The notes beneath the pieces are model-generated. The model was not told where the DNA came from, made no database searches, and worked only from the letters and a program-made list of their open reading frames with translations. A DNA stretch of 64,000 nt. Source: the human T2T-CHM13v2.0 reference genome, Homo sapiens. Shown in pieces: positions 1 to 12,501 of the stretch. The stretch is from the NCBI RefSeq assembly GCF_009914755.1, contig NC_060944.1; one strand, 5' to 3'. The translations under genes and the position numbers were made by a program. Each line of letters starts with the position of its first letter. The first letter of the stretch is position 1.

Positions 1-1414
1 ATGGAATAACTCATGGTTTATCCACATCACAAAATTATGGAGGCATTAAAATAAAAGAAAAAACATAGAGCAGTTCCAAACACGCAGGAATCTCCATGAA
101 GTATATTGGAGAGGGTTGAGGAGGGTGCAGCAGCAGGTATTGGGCACTACACTGTGGTCATAGAAAGGAAGACCAAGGCCCTGTGCACAGACAGCCATAC
201 AGGTATGGTGATGTGATTTCATACGTGTGCCAATGTGCCTGAGAGATTTACAGCAGCCATGTGTGGTTGGGAGTGGTTACAAGCAAAAGGAGGAAAGCAG
301 ACTATAAAGGGAAATAAAAATAAGCCAAGAAATTGTGCTTTAGAAAAACTAGCATTTATACGTGATCCATTTCAGTTAAATTATGTGTGTGTAGAAAAGG
401 GATCTCTGTAGCCACTCATTAATGGGAGTGTCCATGACACACTGCCAAGTGAGAGAAAGCAGTTAGTGTGTAAAGTATGCTCTGTTTGGTTAAAAAATGA
501 ATGAACAGCCAAGCAGTCAAAACAATCTTGAAAAAGAAGAACAAAGTTGGAGGTCTCACACCCCTGATTTCAAAACTTACTATAAAACTACAGTAACCAA
601 AACAGCATAAAGACAGACTTACAGACTATGAAATAGATATGGAGCCCAGAATTAGCCCTCACATGGAGGGTCAAATGATTTTGCACAAGGGCGTCAGGTT
701 CATTCAATGAGAAGAGGAGCACATCATTAACAAACGGTGCTGGGAAAACTGAATATCCACCCAAAAAATAGCGAAATTGGACCATTGCTTTATATCATCT
801 ACAAAAATTAACTAAAAATGGATTGAAGGTCTAAACAGAAGAGATAAAACTCTATAACTCTTAGAACAAAACATACGAAGAAACTGTCATGATATTAGAT
901 TTGGCAGTTATTTCTTGGATATGACACCTAAACCAAGGCAACAAAGAAAAATAGATAAATTGGACTTATTCAAAATTAAAGACTTTTGTGCATCTAAGTA
1001 CACTACCAAGAAAGCAATATAATGGCCTACAGAAGGGGAAAAAACATTTGCAAATTACACATGTGATAAGGAGTTAATACCCAGAACACATAAAAGACTC
1101 CTAAAATCCAACAAATGCAAAACAACTCAATTAAAATTGACAAAGGCCTTGAATAGACATTTCTTCAAGGAAGATGTACAGACAGCCAATAAGCACATGA
1201 CAAGATGCTCAGTCAATATCTTTACTCATAGAGAAATGTGAATCATAACCACAGTGAGATACCAATAGTACAGTTACTACTGAAAAATTAGAAAGTAGCA
1301 AGCATTGGTGAAGATGCGGAGAAACTGGAATCCTTGCAGGAATGCTTATGGGAATGTGAAATGGTGCTCGCTGCAGAAAACAGTATGGCAGTTCCTTAAA
1401 AAATTAAACATAGG

Positions 1415-1731
1415 GGCCGGGTGCAGTAGCTCAGGCCTGTAATCCCAGCACTTTGGGAGGCCGAGGCGGGCGGATCACGAAGTCAGGAGATCGAGACCAT
1501 CCTGGCTAACATGGTGAAACCCCGTCTCTACTAAAAATACAAAAAATTAGCCGGGCGTGGTGGCGGGCGCCTGTAGTCCCAGCTACTCAGGAGTCTAAGG
1601 CAGGAGAATAGCGTGAACCCGGGAGGCGGAGCTTGCAGTGAGCCGAGATGGCACAACTGCACTCCAGCCTGGGCAATAGAGCGAGACTCTGTCTCAAAAC
1701 AAAACAAAACAAAACAAACAAACAAACAAAC
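1415..1731 (+). mobile_element. AluY with (AAAAC)n/(AAAC)n tail
   Basis: AluY diagnostics (gagatcgagaccatcctggctaac, gcggagcttgcagtgagccgagat). TSD aaattaaacatag at 1401-1413 and 1732-1744. Confidence 0.95.
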
Positions 1732-1804
1732 AAATTAAACATAGAATTACCACATGATGCAGCAATTCCACTCCTGGGTACATACTTAAAAGAATTGAAA
1801 GCAG

Positions 1805-2112
1805 GTGCCCGGCACGGTGGTTCATGCCTGTAATCCCAGCACTTTGGGAGGCCGAGACGGGGGGGATCACTTGAGGCCAGGAGTTTGAGACCAGCCTGGC
1901 CAACATAGTGAAACTCTGTCTCTATTTAAAATGAAAAAAAAAAAAAAAAAGTCGAGCGTCGTGGTGCCCGCCTGTAATCCCAACTACTTAGGAGCCTGAG
2001 ACAGGAGAATCACTTGAATCTGGGAGCCGGAGGTTGCAGTGAGCTGAGACTGTGCCATTGTACCCCGGCCTGGGCAACAAGAATGAAATTCCGTCTCAAA
2101 AAAAAAAAAAAA
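1805..2112 (+). mobile_element. AluS with expanded middle A-rich linker
   Basis: Full dimeric Alu. TSD aattgaaagcag at 1793-1804 and 2113-2124. Confidence 0.93.
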
Positions 2113-3163
2113 AATTGAAAGCAGAGATAGATATTGCACACTCATGTTCATAGCAACATTATTGACAATAGCCAAGATAAGGAATCAACCTAAGAGTCCC
2201 TTGATGGATGAATGAATGGAAGAGTGGATAAACAAAATGTGGCATATACATACGATGGAATACTACTCAGCCTTAAAAAGGATGGGATGATGACACATGC
2301 TACAACATGGAGGAAACCTCAGGACATTATGCTAAGTGAAATAAGCCAAACACAAAAACACAAATACTGTGAAATTCCACTAATATGAGTTCCCCGCAGT
2401 AGTCAAGTTCATACAGACAGAAAGTAGAATGGTGGTTGCCAGGACTGGGGTGAGGGAAAATGGAGAGTCGGTGTTTATTGTGTACAGAGTTTCAGTCTGG
2501 GATGATGACGAAGTTATGGGTGATGGTGGTGATGGTTGCACAACAATGTGAATGTACTTAATGCCACTGACCTGTACATTTAAAATGGCTAAAATGGTAA
2601 ATTTGATATCATGTATATTTTACCATGATAAATAATAAACCGACAGTCTAGGCCTCATAAATGTGCACACAGCCTCATAAATGTGTGCCTGAATTATGAG
2701 AGGAACTGGGAGTGTGGGAGGGTGAGATGTCTGGAGGGTGCTATCTTTATTAACACAACTTTGGCTTTGTTTTATTTGCCATAACCAATATGAATTAATT
2801 GCATAAGTTAAAATAATCACATAAAGAATATTTTTCTGTTAATGCAGAGTCAAGGAGGCATGTGTGCCTGTCAATCAAAGGTCAGTTTCCCTCCTTCTAC
2901 TGTGGGTACCAGATAATGATTGTCTCCTTGCTAAGAGTTTTCTTAACCCATTGTCTAACTTGGAAAGAAGGCTAGTTGCTGAGTGGACTTGAGGGTTATT
3001 TTGGCCCCATAGACTCACCCTAGCATGGGCTAGTGGAGGGTAAATGAGTGGAAGTCCGCTCTTGGTCCCTATGGATAGAGAGAGGCTCAGTGTGGCCTGA
3101 GCACAGCCCAAGCACCTGTGAGCAGAGCCGAGCCCCTATCTGCCTGACATGCAGGATATCATT

Positions 3164-3177
3164 GCACCAGGGGGCAC
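3164..3177 (+). promoter_or_regulatory. Candidate CTCF core motif
   Basis: GCACCAGGGGGCAC versus consensus CCASYAGRKGGCRS, one mismatch. Motif match only. Confidence 0.35.
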
Positions 3178-3701
3178 TGCCGGGGTCTTTCCCAAAGGAT
3201 CAGATCCTGCGAGAAAGGCAAACCCGACCACAACTACCTATGACATAAAATGAGAGAAAAATTCAAAATTCATGAATTTTGACTCCATTTGGTAGAACCA
3301 GCCTTCTGTGCTCAGAGCTGAGGAAACCCGGCCAGACCTAGCCACAGCTTGGGGAGTGGTGGGAAGGGAAAGGGCTTGAAATGGAAGTGTCAGGTAGACT
3401 TACGTGGCTTGAGATGAGGAGGAATGTCATTTAAATAATAACAGAAGCACTGTGATGACCCAGAGTCCACACCAGGGAGCCAGGTAGAGTCAGACCTGAA
3501 TCACATAAGGTCCACCTGGGCCCTGAGAAGGCAGGGGCCAAGGATTCCCCCTCAGACAGGGGCATGCAGCTTCAGCTGCCTTGAACCCAGCATCTCTGAG
3601 TGTGCTGAGCAATTTAGAAGCAGGTTGTCTGGAAATGCATAGACAAAACAGAAAACTTCTAGAGTTTGAGAGCAAACACTTTTTTTTTTATATTTACTTA
3701 A

Positions 3702-4055
<354 letters not shown>

Positions 4056-4799
4056 TATTTATTTAATTTCTAACAAGCCTCTATTTCCTTCTGCTGTTGC
4101 TTTATTCTTGTATTGGGTAACAACCATTTACAATAATTGTCCATAATTAGAAAATATGCTATTCAGTAATGGAGACAAGGAGCTACTATATGAATAAAAT
4201 ATGCTACACATAAAAAAGGCTAAGATTTGAAAATGTAGAGGTAGCGATTATGCCTGAAAACTAAGATACCATTTCTCCATCTTGATTAGAATTCATGAAT
4301 TCTGAAATTAAAAACAAAAATTATAACCAGGAAAAACTCCCTGTTATGACAGTGTTCTCAGAGGCATAGTTTGATTTCTTGTTATTCCAAGCACTAAATA
4401 AGATATAATGTTACATTCCCACCACACTGTATGTTTTTCTTTATATGGATGTTAAGAAACTGCATATTTGTGTACATCATGATCCCTTATAGGTTTATAA
4501 TTTCATGCACAAATGTTTGCTCTTTTACATCATGGAAGGTGCTGTGAGATGTGCAAAGAAAGTGCAGGATGGTGTTTTTCCCTCAAGAAGTTCAATATTT
4601 AGAGGAGAAAACATTACAAGTGAAACCCAGCAATTATATAAGCTCCAAACAATAGGGTTCCAGAGGCTCCCCAGCCCAGCTCTCGCACACCTGCTCTCCT
4701 CTGGTGCCCACTCCATGCATAACCCTCTTTCCAGGGGTCTGTAGGCCACGCTGAGCTCCATCCTGGGACCCTCACTCTCCCTTCCATCTCCACCACACA

Positions 4800-5156
4800 G
4801 CCAGCTCCACCGTGACAGCAGCCCAGGGCTCCGTCGTCCCCATCTCCACACCCTTAGGCCAATCACAATGAGCGTCTCCACAGTGCGGTGCCCTGGGACG
4901 CACAGCACTTAGCCAGGGGAGCCTGAGCCAGGGGATCGCTGCCTCCTTCAGAGGGGAGGGTGGAGCCTGGAGAAGGGGAGAAGAGCCTGCGTGCCTCTCA
5001 ACCCAAGCAGGCTCCACCCGCCCTCTGAAAAATGGATCTGGAAAGTTTACTTGGGCTGCAGTTTGGAAGGAGAAACAGATTCCTGTGCACTGAGGCTTGG
5101 TACACCCTGGGGATAAAAACCGAAGAATAGCCATGTAACCATCCCATCCAGTAAGG
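4800..5156 (+). promoter_or_regulatory. Candidate promoter and first exon (CACCC box, CCAAT box, GC box, downstream splice donor)
   Basis: CCACACCC 4846-4853, GGCCAATCA 4857-4865, CCACCCGCCC 5014-5023, locally raised GC/CpG in non-repeat DNA, CA|GTAAGG at 5150/5151. Confidence 0.4.
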
Positions 5157-5344
5157 TCATCTGCTCCCTTCAATGTGTGGACAAATGCTGTTATTTCAAA
5201 GCATTCTTATCTTACTCTTCACTTTGTATGCCACATGAAGGCCACGTGTTTGTGAGCTGAGGTTTTGGGTTGGCCTTTAGGCTACTTATAAATCCTGGAA
5301 TCTTTTTTCTAATTTCCCAAGGTTTGAAAATTGTTTTGTGTGTT

Positions 5345-6600
5345 ACGTTTTATATTGATGTAATTCAAACTTTCAGAAAAATTGCAAGAATAAGAAAAAC
5401 AACTTCCATTATACACTTTATCCATATTCGCCAATTATTTACATTTTCTTCCATCGGCTTTATCATTCTCTCTTGATAAATATATAAATATAATATATAA
5501 ACATTGTTTTCCATTTATATATTTTGTATAATATACAAATATGTATTTTATGTAGAGATGTAAAAAATGTATTTATAAATTTGCGTACTTCATGTATATG
5601 ATGTGAATATATATTTATATTTCATAAAGTTTTAGATGTTTATTATGTAACTATATATGTATTTGATCTCTTATATGTACAGCCATTATATAGATGCGTG
5701 TGTGTATATGCGTGTGCGTGTGTGCGTGTGCATACATATGTATGCATCTTTTCCCTAAATCATTGGAAAGTGATTTGGAGGCTTTGTATGTATTTACCAT
5801 TAGTGACTTCAGAATGTACCTTCTAAAAATAAGGGAATTTTCTAACATAAATGCAGTATAATGAACAAAATCAGAAAATTTAATACTGTACAGTTATCTC
5901 ACCCACAGCCCATATGCACATTTGCCAATTGCCAGGAATAGCTGTACTAGTTTCCTGTGGCTGCTATAATAAATTACCACAAACTTAGTGGCTTAAAACA
6001 ACACTTGCTTATTCAGTTACAGTTCTGAAGATCAGAAGTCTAAAATCAAGGTGTTGGCCAGACTGGATTCCTTCTGCAGCTTTCAGGGGAGAGTCCATTC
6101 CTCCCGGCCTTCCCTGGCTCCTGGAGGCTGCCCGCATTCCCTGGCTCCTGTCTTCACGCTCAGCTCACTCCAACCTCAGGCTTCTGTTGTCACACTACCT
6201 TCTCCACCTGTGACTCTGCCACCTCTCTCTCATAAGGAAACCTGTGATAACATTTAGACCCCTCCAGCCCCAGATAATCCAGGATAATATCCCATTTTAA
6301 GATTGACTTCATCACATCTGCAAAATCCCTTTTGCCATGTAAAGGAATGTATTCACGTATTCTGGGATTAGGACGCTGGCATGTTTGCACGGCCATTATT
6401 CAGCCTCCACATCATGTTTTATAGCTATTTTTCCTTCCAGGTCCAGATCACATTCTAGGGTCCTGTACCACATGTAGTTGGCATGCCTCTTTAGTGTCTT
6501 TTCATCTGGAAGTTTCTTAGTCTTTCTTTCCATCTTCTGACCTTGACATTTTTTAGGAGTACAGACCGGTTGCTTCACAACATGTTTCTCAATTTGTTAA
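5345..6600 (-). mobile_element. L1MC-like 3' end, interrupted by a TA/TG low-complexity tract and an MLT1
   Basis: Reverse L1MC4/5-type 3' UTR (aaactttcagaaaaattgcaagaat...; gaccttgacattttttaggagtacagacc). Confidence 0.7.
5943..6411 (-). mobile_element. MaLR solo LTR, MLT1C/D-like
   Basis: Reverse complement starts tgtggaggctgaataatggcc...catggcaaaagggattttgcagatgtgat and ends ...ggaaactagtaca. Confidence 0.88.
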
Positions 6601-6801
6601 GCAGCATTTGAGAAAAAAACCATGCTAATATGCATATACACCTTTAAAAGAGAAGACGTAGAGAGTTCATGAGATTTTCAGATGAGTTCTATATCTCCCA
6701 ACCTGTTAAAATCCACTGGAACTGAGATAGTTGGATTGACTCAATATTGAATCTTAATCTGCATATGTGTACATATACATAATATGTATATCACTGGTGT
6801 G

Positions 6802-7314
6802 TGTGGCAGATTATAAAATAGCTACAGATGCTCCTGTGTGCCTTCCTCTCCTTACAAAGTGACTTAGCTCCTGCCATCAAGGCACGAAGGAGTCCTTTCT
6901 CTCTCTCTTAAATCTAGGTTGGCCCTGTGACCTGCATTGGCCAATGGGACACTAGCAAAAGTGATGCAAGCAGGGCTCTGAAAGGTGCTGCGCACTGAGA
7001 CTTATTATCCTGCAGCTTCTGGAGCCCTTCGACTGCTGCTGTTTGAAGAAGCCCAGGCTAGCTTATTGGATGGTGAGAGGGATACGGCCTGGTCACCCCT
7101 ATGCCCTGGCCCTCAGCGTGCCAGGTATGTGAGTAAGCCCACCCTGGGTTATTCAGCCATGAGCCAGCCCTGCCACTGACCACAAAGATCAGCCATGCCA
7201 GCTTAGACTGGAAGAACTACCTACTAATTCACAGAATCCCAAGCTAAAAAATGATTGTTCTCTTAAGCTGCTAAATTTTGGGGTGATTTGTTACATAGCA
7301 AAAGCTGATTGATA
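6802..7314 (+). mobile_element. MaLR solo LTR, MLT1F/G/H-like
   Basis: Contains gccctgtgacctgcattggccaatggg and the MLT1 3' end aaattttggggtgatttgttacatagcaaaagctgattgata. Confidence 0.8.
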
Positions 7315-7891
7315 GAACATATATACTTTAATATTCCACGTAATTTAGATTATTACCTTTTTTGGTTAGAGTGTACATAATCTTCTCTCTGAGGCTCCTA
7401 AAGATAGAGGTACAGTCTTTGAATTGTTTTTAGCAGCTGAAGCAGTGTTTGAGTAGGCCAACAATAGCATGGTTTCTTACTAAAATAAAAGCACTATGTA
7501 ATTTGGTTCCTTTGTATATAAGAAGAGTGTATACATCTACAAGTTAATATGTATTAAAATTACAAGTTAAGGGTTAAATAGGAGTTATTGTTCCTAGGTG
7601 TCCACCCATAGGTGAATGTCAGCTTCTGCAATGCTGCTAATCAGACATTATGGGTAGATGAAGGTTCATCTAATTCCCTTTCCATTTCCCAATGCCCCTC
7701 CCCTTCCTGTTTCCCCAACACTAACTTGTCAGGATGAGGGGCTTGCTTCATGGGAGCTGGAGGTTGAGCCAAGAGTTCACCCTTCTCTCTCCTGGCTTGG
7801 TCATTTCTTCTCAGACCCTAAATCCTTATCTTCGCTTTAATAATGTTTCAATATGCTTTTGGCATCCGCAGCTCATTCTTGTGAACTAGAG

Positions 7892-8331
7892 CAGGGTTCA
7901 CCAACCCCTGGGTCATGGACTAGTACCAGTCCTTGGCCTGTTAGGAATTGGGCCACACAGCAGAAGGTAAGTGGTGGGCCAGTGCGCAAAGCTTCATCTG
8001 TATTTACAGCTGCTCCTCATTGCTTACATTACCACCTGAGCTTCGCCTCCTGTCAGATCAGCAGCAGCATTAGATTCTCATGAGAGCATGAACCCTATTG
8101 TGAACTGCACAGGGGAGGGATCTAGATTGCATGTTCCTTATGAGAATCTAATGTCTAATGATCTGCCACTCTCTTCCATCACCTGCAGATGGGACCATCT
8201 AGTTGCAGGGAAACAAGCTGGGGGCTCCCCTTGTTCTACATTATGGTGAGTTGTATAATTATTTCATTATATATTACAATGTCATGATAATAGAAATAAA
8301 GTGCACAATAAATGTGATGTGCTTGAATTAT
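7892..8331 (+). mobile_element. MER1A (hAT-Charlie MITE), 3' terminal part missing
   Basis: Starts cagggttcaccaacccct. Internal MER1A-specific gggaccatctagttgcagg...aataaagtgcacaataaatg. Stops before the 3' TIR. Confidence 0.9.
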
Positions 8332-8351
8332 GCACTGACCTAGTGCATGGG

Positions 8352-8381
8352 TTGCTAAAGAATGTGGGTATTAATATATCT
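8352..8381 (+). repeat. 30-bp direct copy of 9782-9811 (29/30 identical)
   Basis: ttgctaaagaatgtgggtattaatatatct versus ttgctaaagaatgtggttattaatatatct. Confidence 0.9.
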
Positions 8382-8684
8382 AGGGCTTAATTAGTGGTGG
8401 AATCTGGGATAGCAATTCTTTTGGTTGGCATCTTCCTCTTTTCCACCTCCTCTTTCTTCTTAAAAATGCATATTAAGGCCCTTATTTGGTGGCTTCAAAA
8501 TCATTGAGACTGAATTAAGAAAAATAGTGCCTAAATTTGTAAATGCTTAGTATTGTTACTTGCTGCAAATATGTAGAGTTTTCTGTTATTTGTTGCAGTA
8601 TCCTGTGTTTTCATACACTGAAGTCAAAAAACACCCAATAAATAAATATTTAACCCCAAAATTGATCTTTCCATTTATCTGTCT

Positions 8685-9030
8685 ATTCATCCATCACCTC
8701 CTCCCTCAATGCTGCCACCTACCCACTCATCCATAAATTTCTCCCTCCCCTTTCTCCTCTATTTTCACCCTTTCTCTGCCTACTTATATATTCCTCCATC
8801 TCCTTTCCTGATTCCTTCTATCCCTTGCTCCCTGCATCCATCCCTATTTCCTTCCTTCTTCCCTCACTTCTTCCTTCCTCCTTCCCTCTCTTGTTCCATT
8901 CATGCATATGTATTCATCCATTCATCCATCCACTCATATATCCATCCATCCTTTTTTCCCTTCATCCTTCCCTCTTTTTCTTCATCCATACATCCATTCA
9001 TACATACATACATACTTTCTATCTATACAT
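8685..9030. repeat. Pyrimidine-rich low-complexity tract (CCAT/TTCC/CATA units)
   Basis: Directly visible degenerate tetranucleotide repeats. Confidence 0.85.
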
Positions 9031-9104
9031 CTTGATAATTATCTACCTGTACTGTCTATGAACATATAAATACATGAAGCATTTTTATGTGAACATGGAA
9101 AGGA

Positions 9105-9330
9105 AGCACACATTAGTAAAGAGCAGGGCACCAGAGCTGGGTTGTCTGGATTTAAGTCCTGGCATTGCTCCTCACTACCTTGGTGGTTTTGGAAATTTCT
9201 CACCCACCTTTTGCTTCAGTTTCCACAATTTTGGATATGGAGATAATATTACCTACTCCATAGATATTATTTTCAATGGATTAAGGCTTAATAGCTCTAA
9301 AATACATAGAATGGTGCCAGGCTCATAGTG
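9105..9330 (+). mobile_element. MIR
   Basis: MIR core cttcagtttccacaattttggatatggagataatattacctac and 3' end gaatggtgccaggctcatag. Confidence 0.75.
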
Positions 9331-10139
9331 TGCGTGATTACTTTTGCTAAAATACTGATTTAAAAATCAGGTCTTGAGAAGTCTACATCCATGGCATGGT
9401 GACAACCTGTCTGTTTCCATTCTCTACCTTTCTTTAACTACACACATTTTGTTGCCCAGATATGATCCATGGATGCACAGAGGGCCTTTGTACTTTGCTG
9501 GAGAAAAGCGTGCACACTAGACAGACTCATCTCCCATGGAATCTGCTGACAGATCTCTCTGGGGACCCCTGGGCAGCTATGTGTCCAGCACCACCAGTGG
9601 CTCCCCATTTCTGTGTCTTCTTAGAAGATCTGACAACCCAGCATACCTCTTGCTGATGTTATGGATCTGCTGGCTCTGTAAACTATAAATTGGCAAACTA
9701 GATTAATCAAAGAGGAAGCTTTCTGCATGTGTGCTAACAGTCCCAACTCTCTAATCTCACAAGGCACCAATGTGACACTTCTTGCTAAAGAATGTGGTTA
9801 TTAATATATCTGTCTTTGGTTTTCTTTTCTGCTCTTGGAGTGGAAAGCCCCTAGAGAAATAGTTCCAAAAAGAATTTATAATATACTTGCTGGAGAAATA
9901 AGATTTAAGAGGGCAGGCTTTCACATCAAAGTTTCAGCATATGGTAATGAAGGTTTCTGTTCAGACAGGTGGAGGAGGAGCTGCCTACATTTCCTGCGGG
10001 GGGTGGAGGGGAAGTAGGCATGGCGGTGAGTCCTGGGCTCTCAGACTTTGCTTATCATATTGTAACAGCTGACCTTGGTCCCCTTTTTGGCTCTGTCTCT
10101 AACCCACAGGTCAGCCTAGGATGTCACTGATTCAATTTA

Positions 10140-10400
10140 TTTCAATGTCAGGTTGTCAGATATAATTTACATACAGTAACGTTCCGTTCCCCCTTTTCAG
10201 TATGCAGCTCTATACGTTGTGACAAATGTATGCCATTCTATAACCACCATGATGAAGACACGGAACATTTCCATCACCTCAGAAGTTCCCTTGTGCCCCT
10301 TGTAGTCAGCTCCTCTTCTCAGACCCACCCCAAGCTGGCAACCACGGGTCTGCTTTCTATACCTATAGTTTTCCTTTTTCAAAATATCATATAAATAGTC
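10140..10400 (-). mobile_element. L1ME/MD-like 3' end fragment
   Basis: agatataatttacatacagta...gaacatttccatcacctcagaagttccc. Confidence 0.75.
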
Positions 10401-11094
10401 CATAGGCATTTTAACAGCCAAGGTGCCTAATAAATAGTGCACTGTGACTATCATTGTTTTTCTTGAATTAAAAAGCCCACCGTGGAGGTGGGTACGTGGA
10501 GCCTCTCCTAACTCCAGCTTCCATAAGCAGACATGTTTCAACAGATATCCTTTTCTTCTTTAACAGATTCATTGGGTTCAAATTCTAGTACTGTCACTCA
10601 GTAGCTAAATATCTTTGGATATTTTATTTCAATTCTCAATAACTTTGTTTTCTTATTTGTAAAATGAGAATTTTAGAATACCTATCTTTGGAAGCAAACA
10701 AACAAACTAAAGTGAGGGACAACAAAAACAAAAGAAAATTGCATTGTTCTTGGGATCTTAGAAAATAGCAACATGAAGTTACTTTATTTTAAAATTTATT
10801 CAGCTGACAATACAGGAATGGCATTCAAAGCAAGTTACTTAAATTCTGTGTGCCTCAAATTCTGTTGTGTAAATTGGGGAAACAAGTGTACTTCCCTTAT
10901 AAGATTGCTGTTTTGATATTAAATGAGACATGATCCATATAAGGTCTTTTGAGCAACCTTAAGCTCAAAAGAAAATACTCGAAATATGTGACTTGTCAGA
11001 ATTACATTTGTATTTATGTAGCCCAAATGCAGCATACATTTAAGAATGCTTTATAATCTTGCTGCTGAATTGTCCATCAACTGATATATTTTTC

Positions 11095-12501
11095 TTTCAA
11101 TTATTTATTCTAACTCATGTGTCCTAAAATTCATCTTTTCAAAGTACACATTTCAGTGGTTTTTAGTATGTTCAAGATGTTGTAATCCGTCCCCATTATC
11201 TAATTCTTGAACATTTTCATCACAAAAGCAACCCTGTGCCCATTAACAGTTACTCCCCATTCCACTCTCACATCAGCCTGTGGAAGTCACTCATTAGTTT
11301 TCTGTTTCTGTAGATTTGCCCATTCTTGGTATTTCATATAAAAGGAATCACACGGTATGTGGCTTTTTGTGTCTGCCTTATGTCACTAAGCATAATGTTT
11401 TCAAGGTTCATCTACATTGTAGCATGTATCCATACTTTTTTCCTTTCTATGGTTGAATAATAGTCTATGGTATAGATAATATTACATTTTGTTTATCTGT
11501 TCACCAATTGATCCAACTGATGGGCATTTTGGTCATTTCCAATTTGGGGCTATTATGAATAAAGTACCTATGAACATTTGTGTATACATTTTTCTGGGGG
11601 TATGTTTCACCTCTCTCTTGGGTAGATAACTAGGAGTGGAATTGCCAGGTCATTTGGTAGCTCTATGTTTAACTTTTTGAGAAACTGACAAACTGTTTTC
11701 CAATGCAGCTGTACCATTTTCCAGTGCACCCACCAGCAATGCAGGAAGGTAGCAACTTCTTCACATCTACTCCAGCACTTCACTTGTAGTGGGCTATGAT
11801 TTGTTCTGATACCCAGCCTAGTGGCTATAATGTTATATCTCACTGGGGTTTTTAATTGTGTTTGCCTAGTGAAAAATGATGTCGAGTATTTTTTGCCTGT
11901 TTTTAAATTGGATTACTTGTCTTTTTTATGATTGAGTTGTAAGTGTTCTTTAATGTCTGGGTACCTGTAAGATACATATTTCCTCCCATTCTGTGGGTTG
12001 AATTTTCACTTTCTTCATGGCATCCATTGAAGCACATAAAAGATTTGAAAAAGTCCAATGTATCTATTTTTTGTTGTTTTTGTTTGTGCTTTTGGTGTCA
12101 TATGTAAGAAAACATTGCCATTGCCTAATCCGAGATAATGAATATGTATGCCTAGGTTTTCTTCATTTTCTTGTAAGAGTTTTATAGCTTTAGGTTTGCA
12201 TTTAGCTCTTTAATACATTTTGAGTTAATTTTTTATATGGTGTGAGGTAGAGTATCTTGCATATGTATATCCAGTTGTCTTCCCACCATTTATTGAAAAG
12301 ACATTTCTGTCTCCATTGAATAATTTTAGCACCCTTGTCAAAAGTTAACTGACCATAAATATAAGGGCTTATTTATGGACTGTCAATTCCATTTTAGGGA
12401 TCTATACATCAGTCCTTATGCCAGTTCCACATTGTGTTGATCACTATAGCATCGTAGTAAATTTTGAAACTGAAAAGTGAGAGTCATGCAACTTTATTCT
12501 T
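11095..12501 (-). mobile_element. L1MB-like 3' UTR and 3' ORF2
   Basis: Reverse L1 3' end. ORF 11607-11843 resembles the decayed ORF2 C-terminus (LHCWW...FLKKLNIELPNDLAIPLLVIYP). Confidence 0.9.

Larger units (their letters stand above)
505..2639 (+). mobile_element. Old LINE-1 (L1MB-like) 3' ORF2 and 3' UTR fragment, interrupted by two Alus
   Basis: Typical L1 ORF2 3' sequence (aaaacaatcttgaaaaagaagaacaaagttggagg...gatttcaaaacttactataaa). L1MB-type 3' UTR ending aaatggtaaattt...atattttaccat followed by an A-rich end. Confidence 0.9.
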
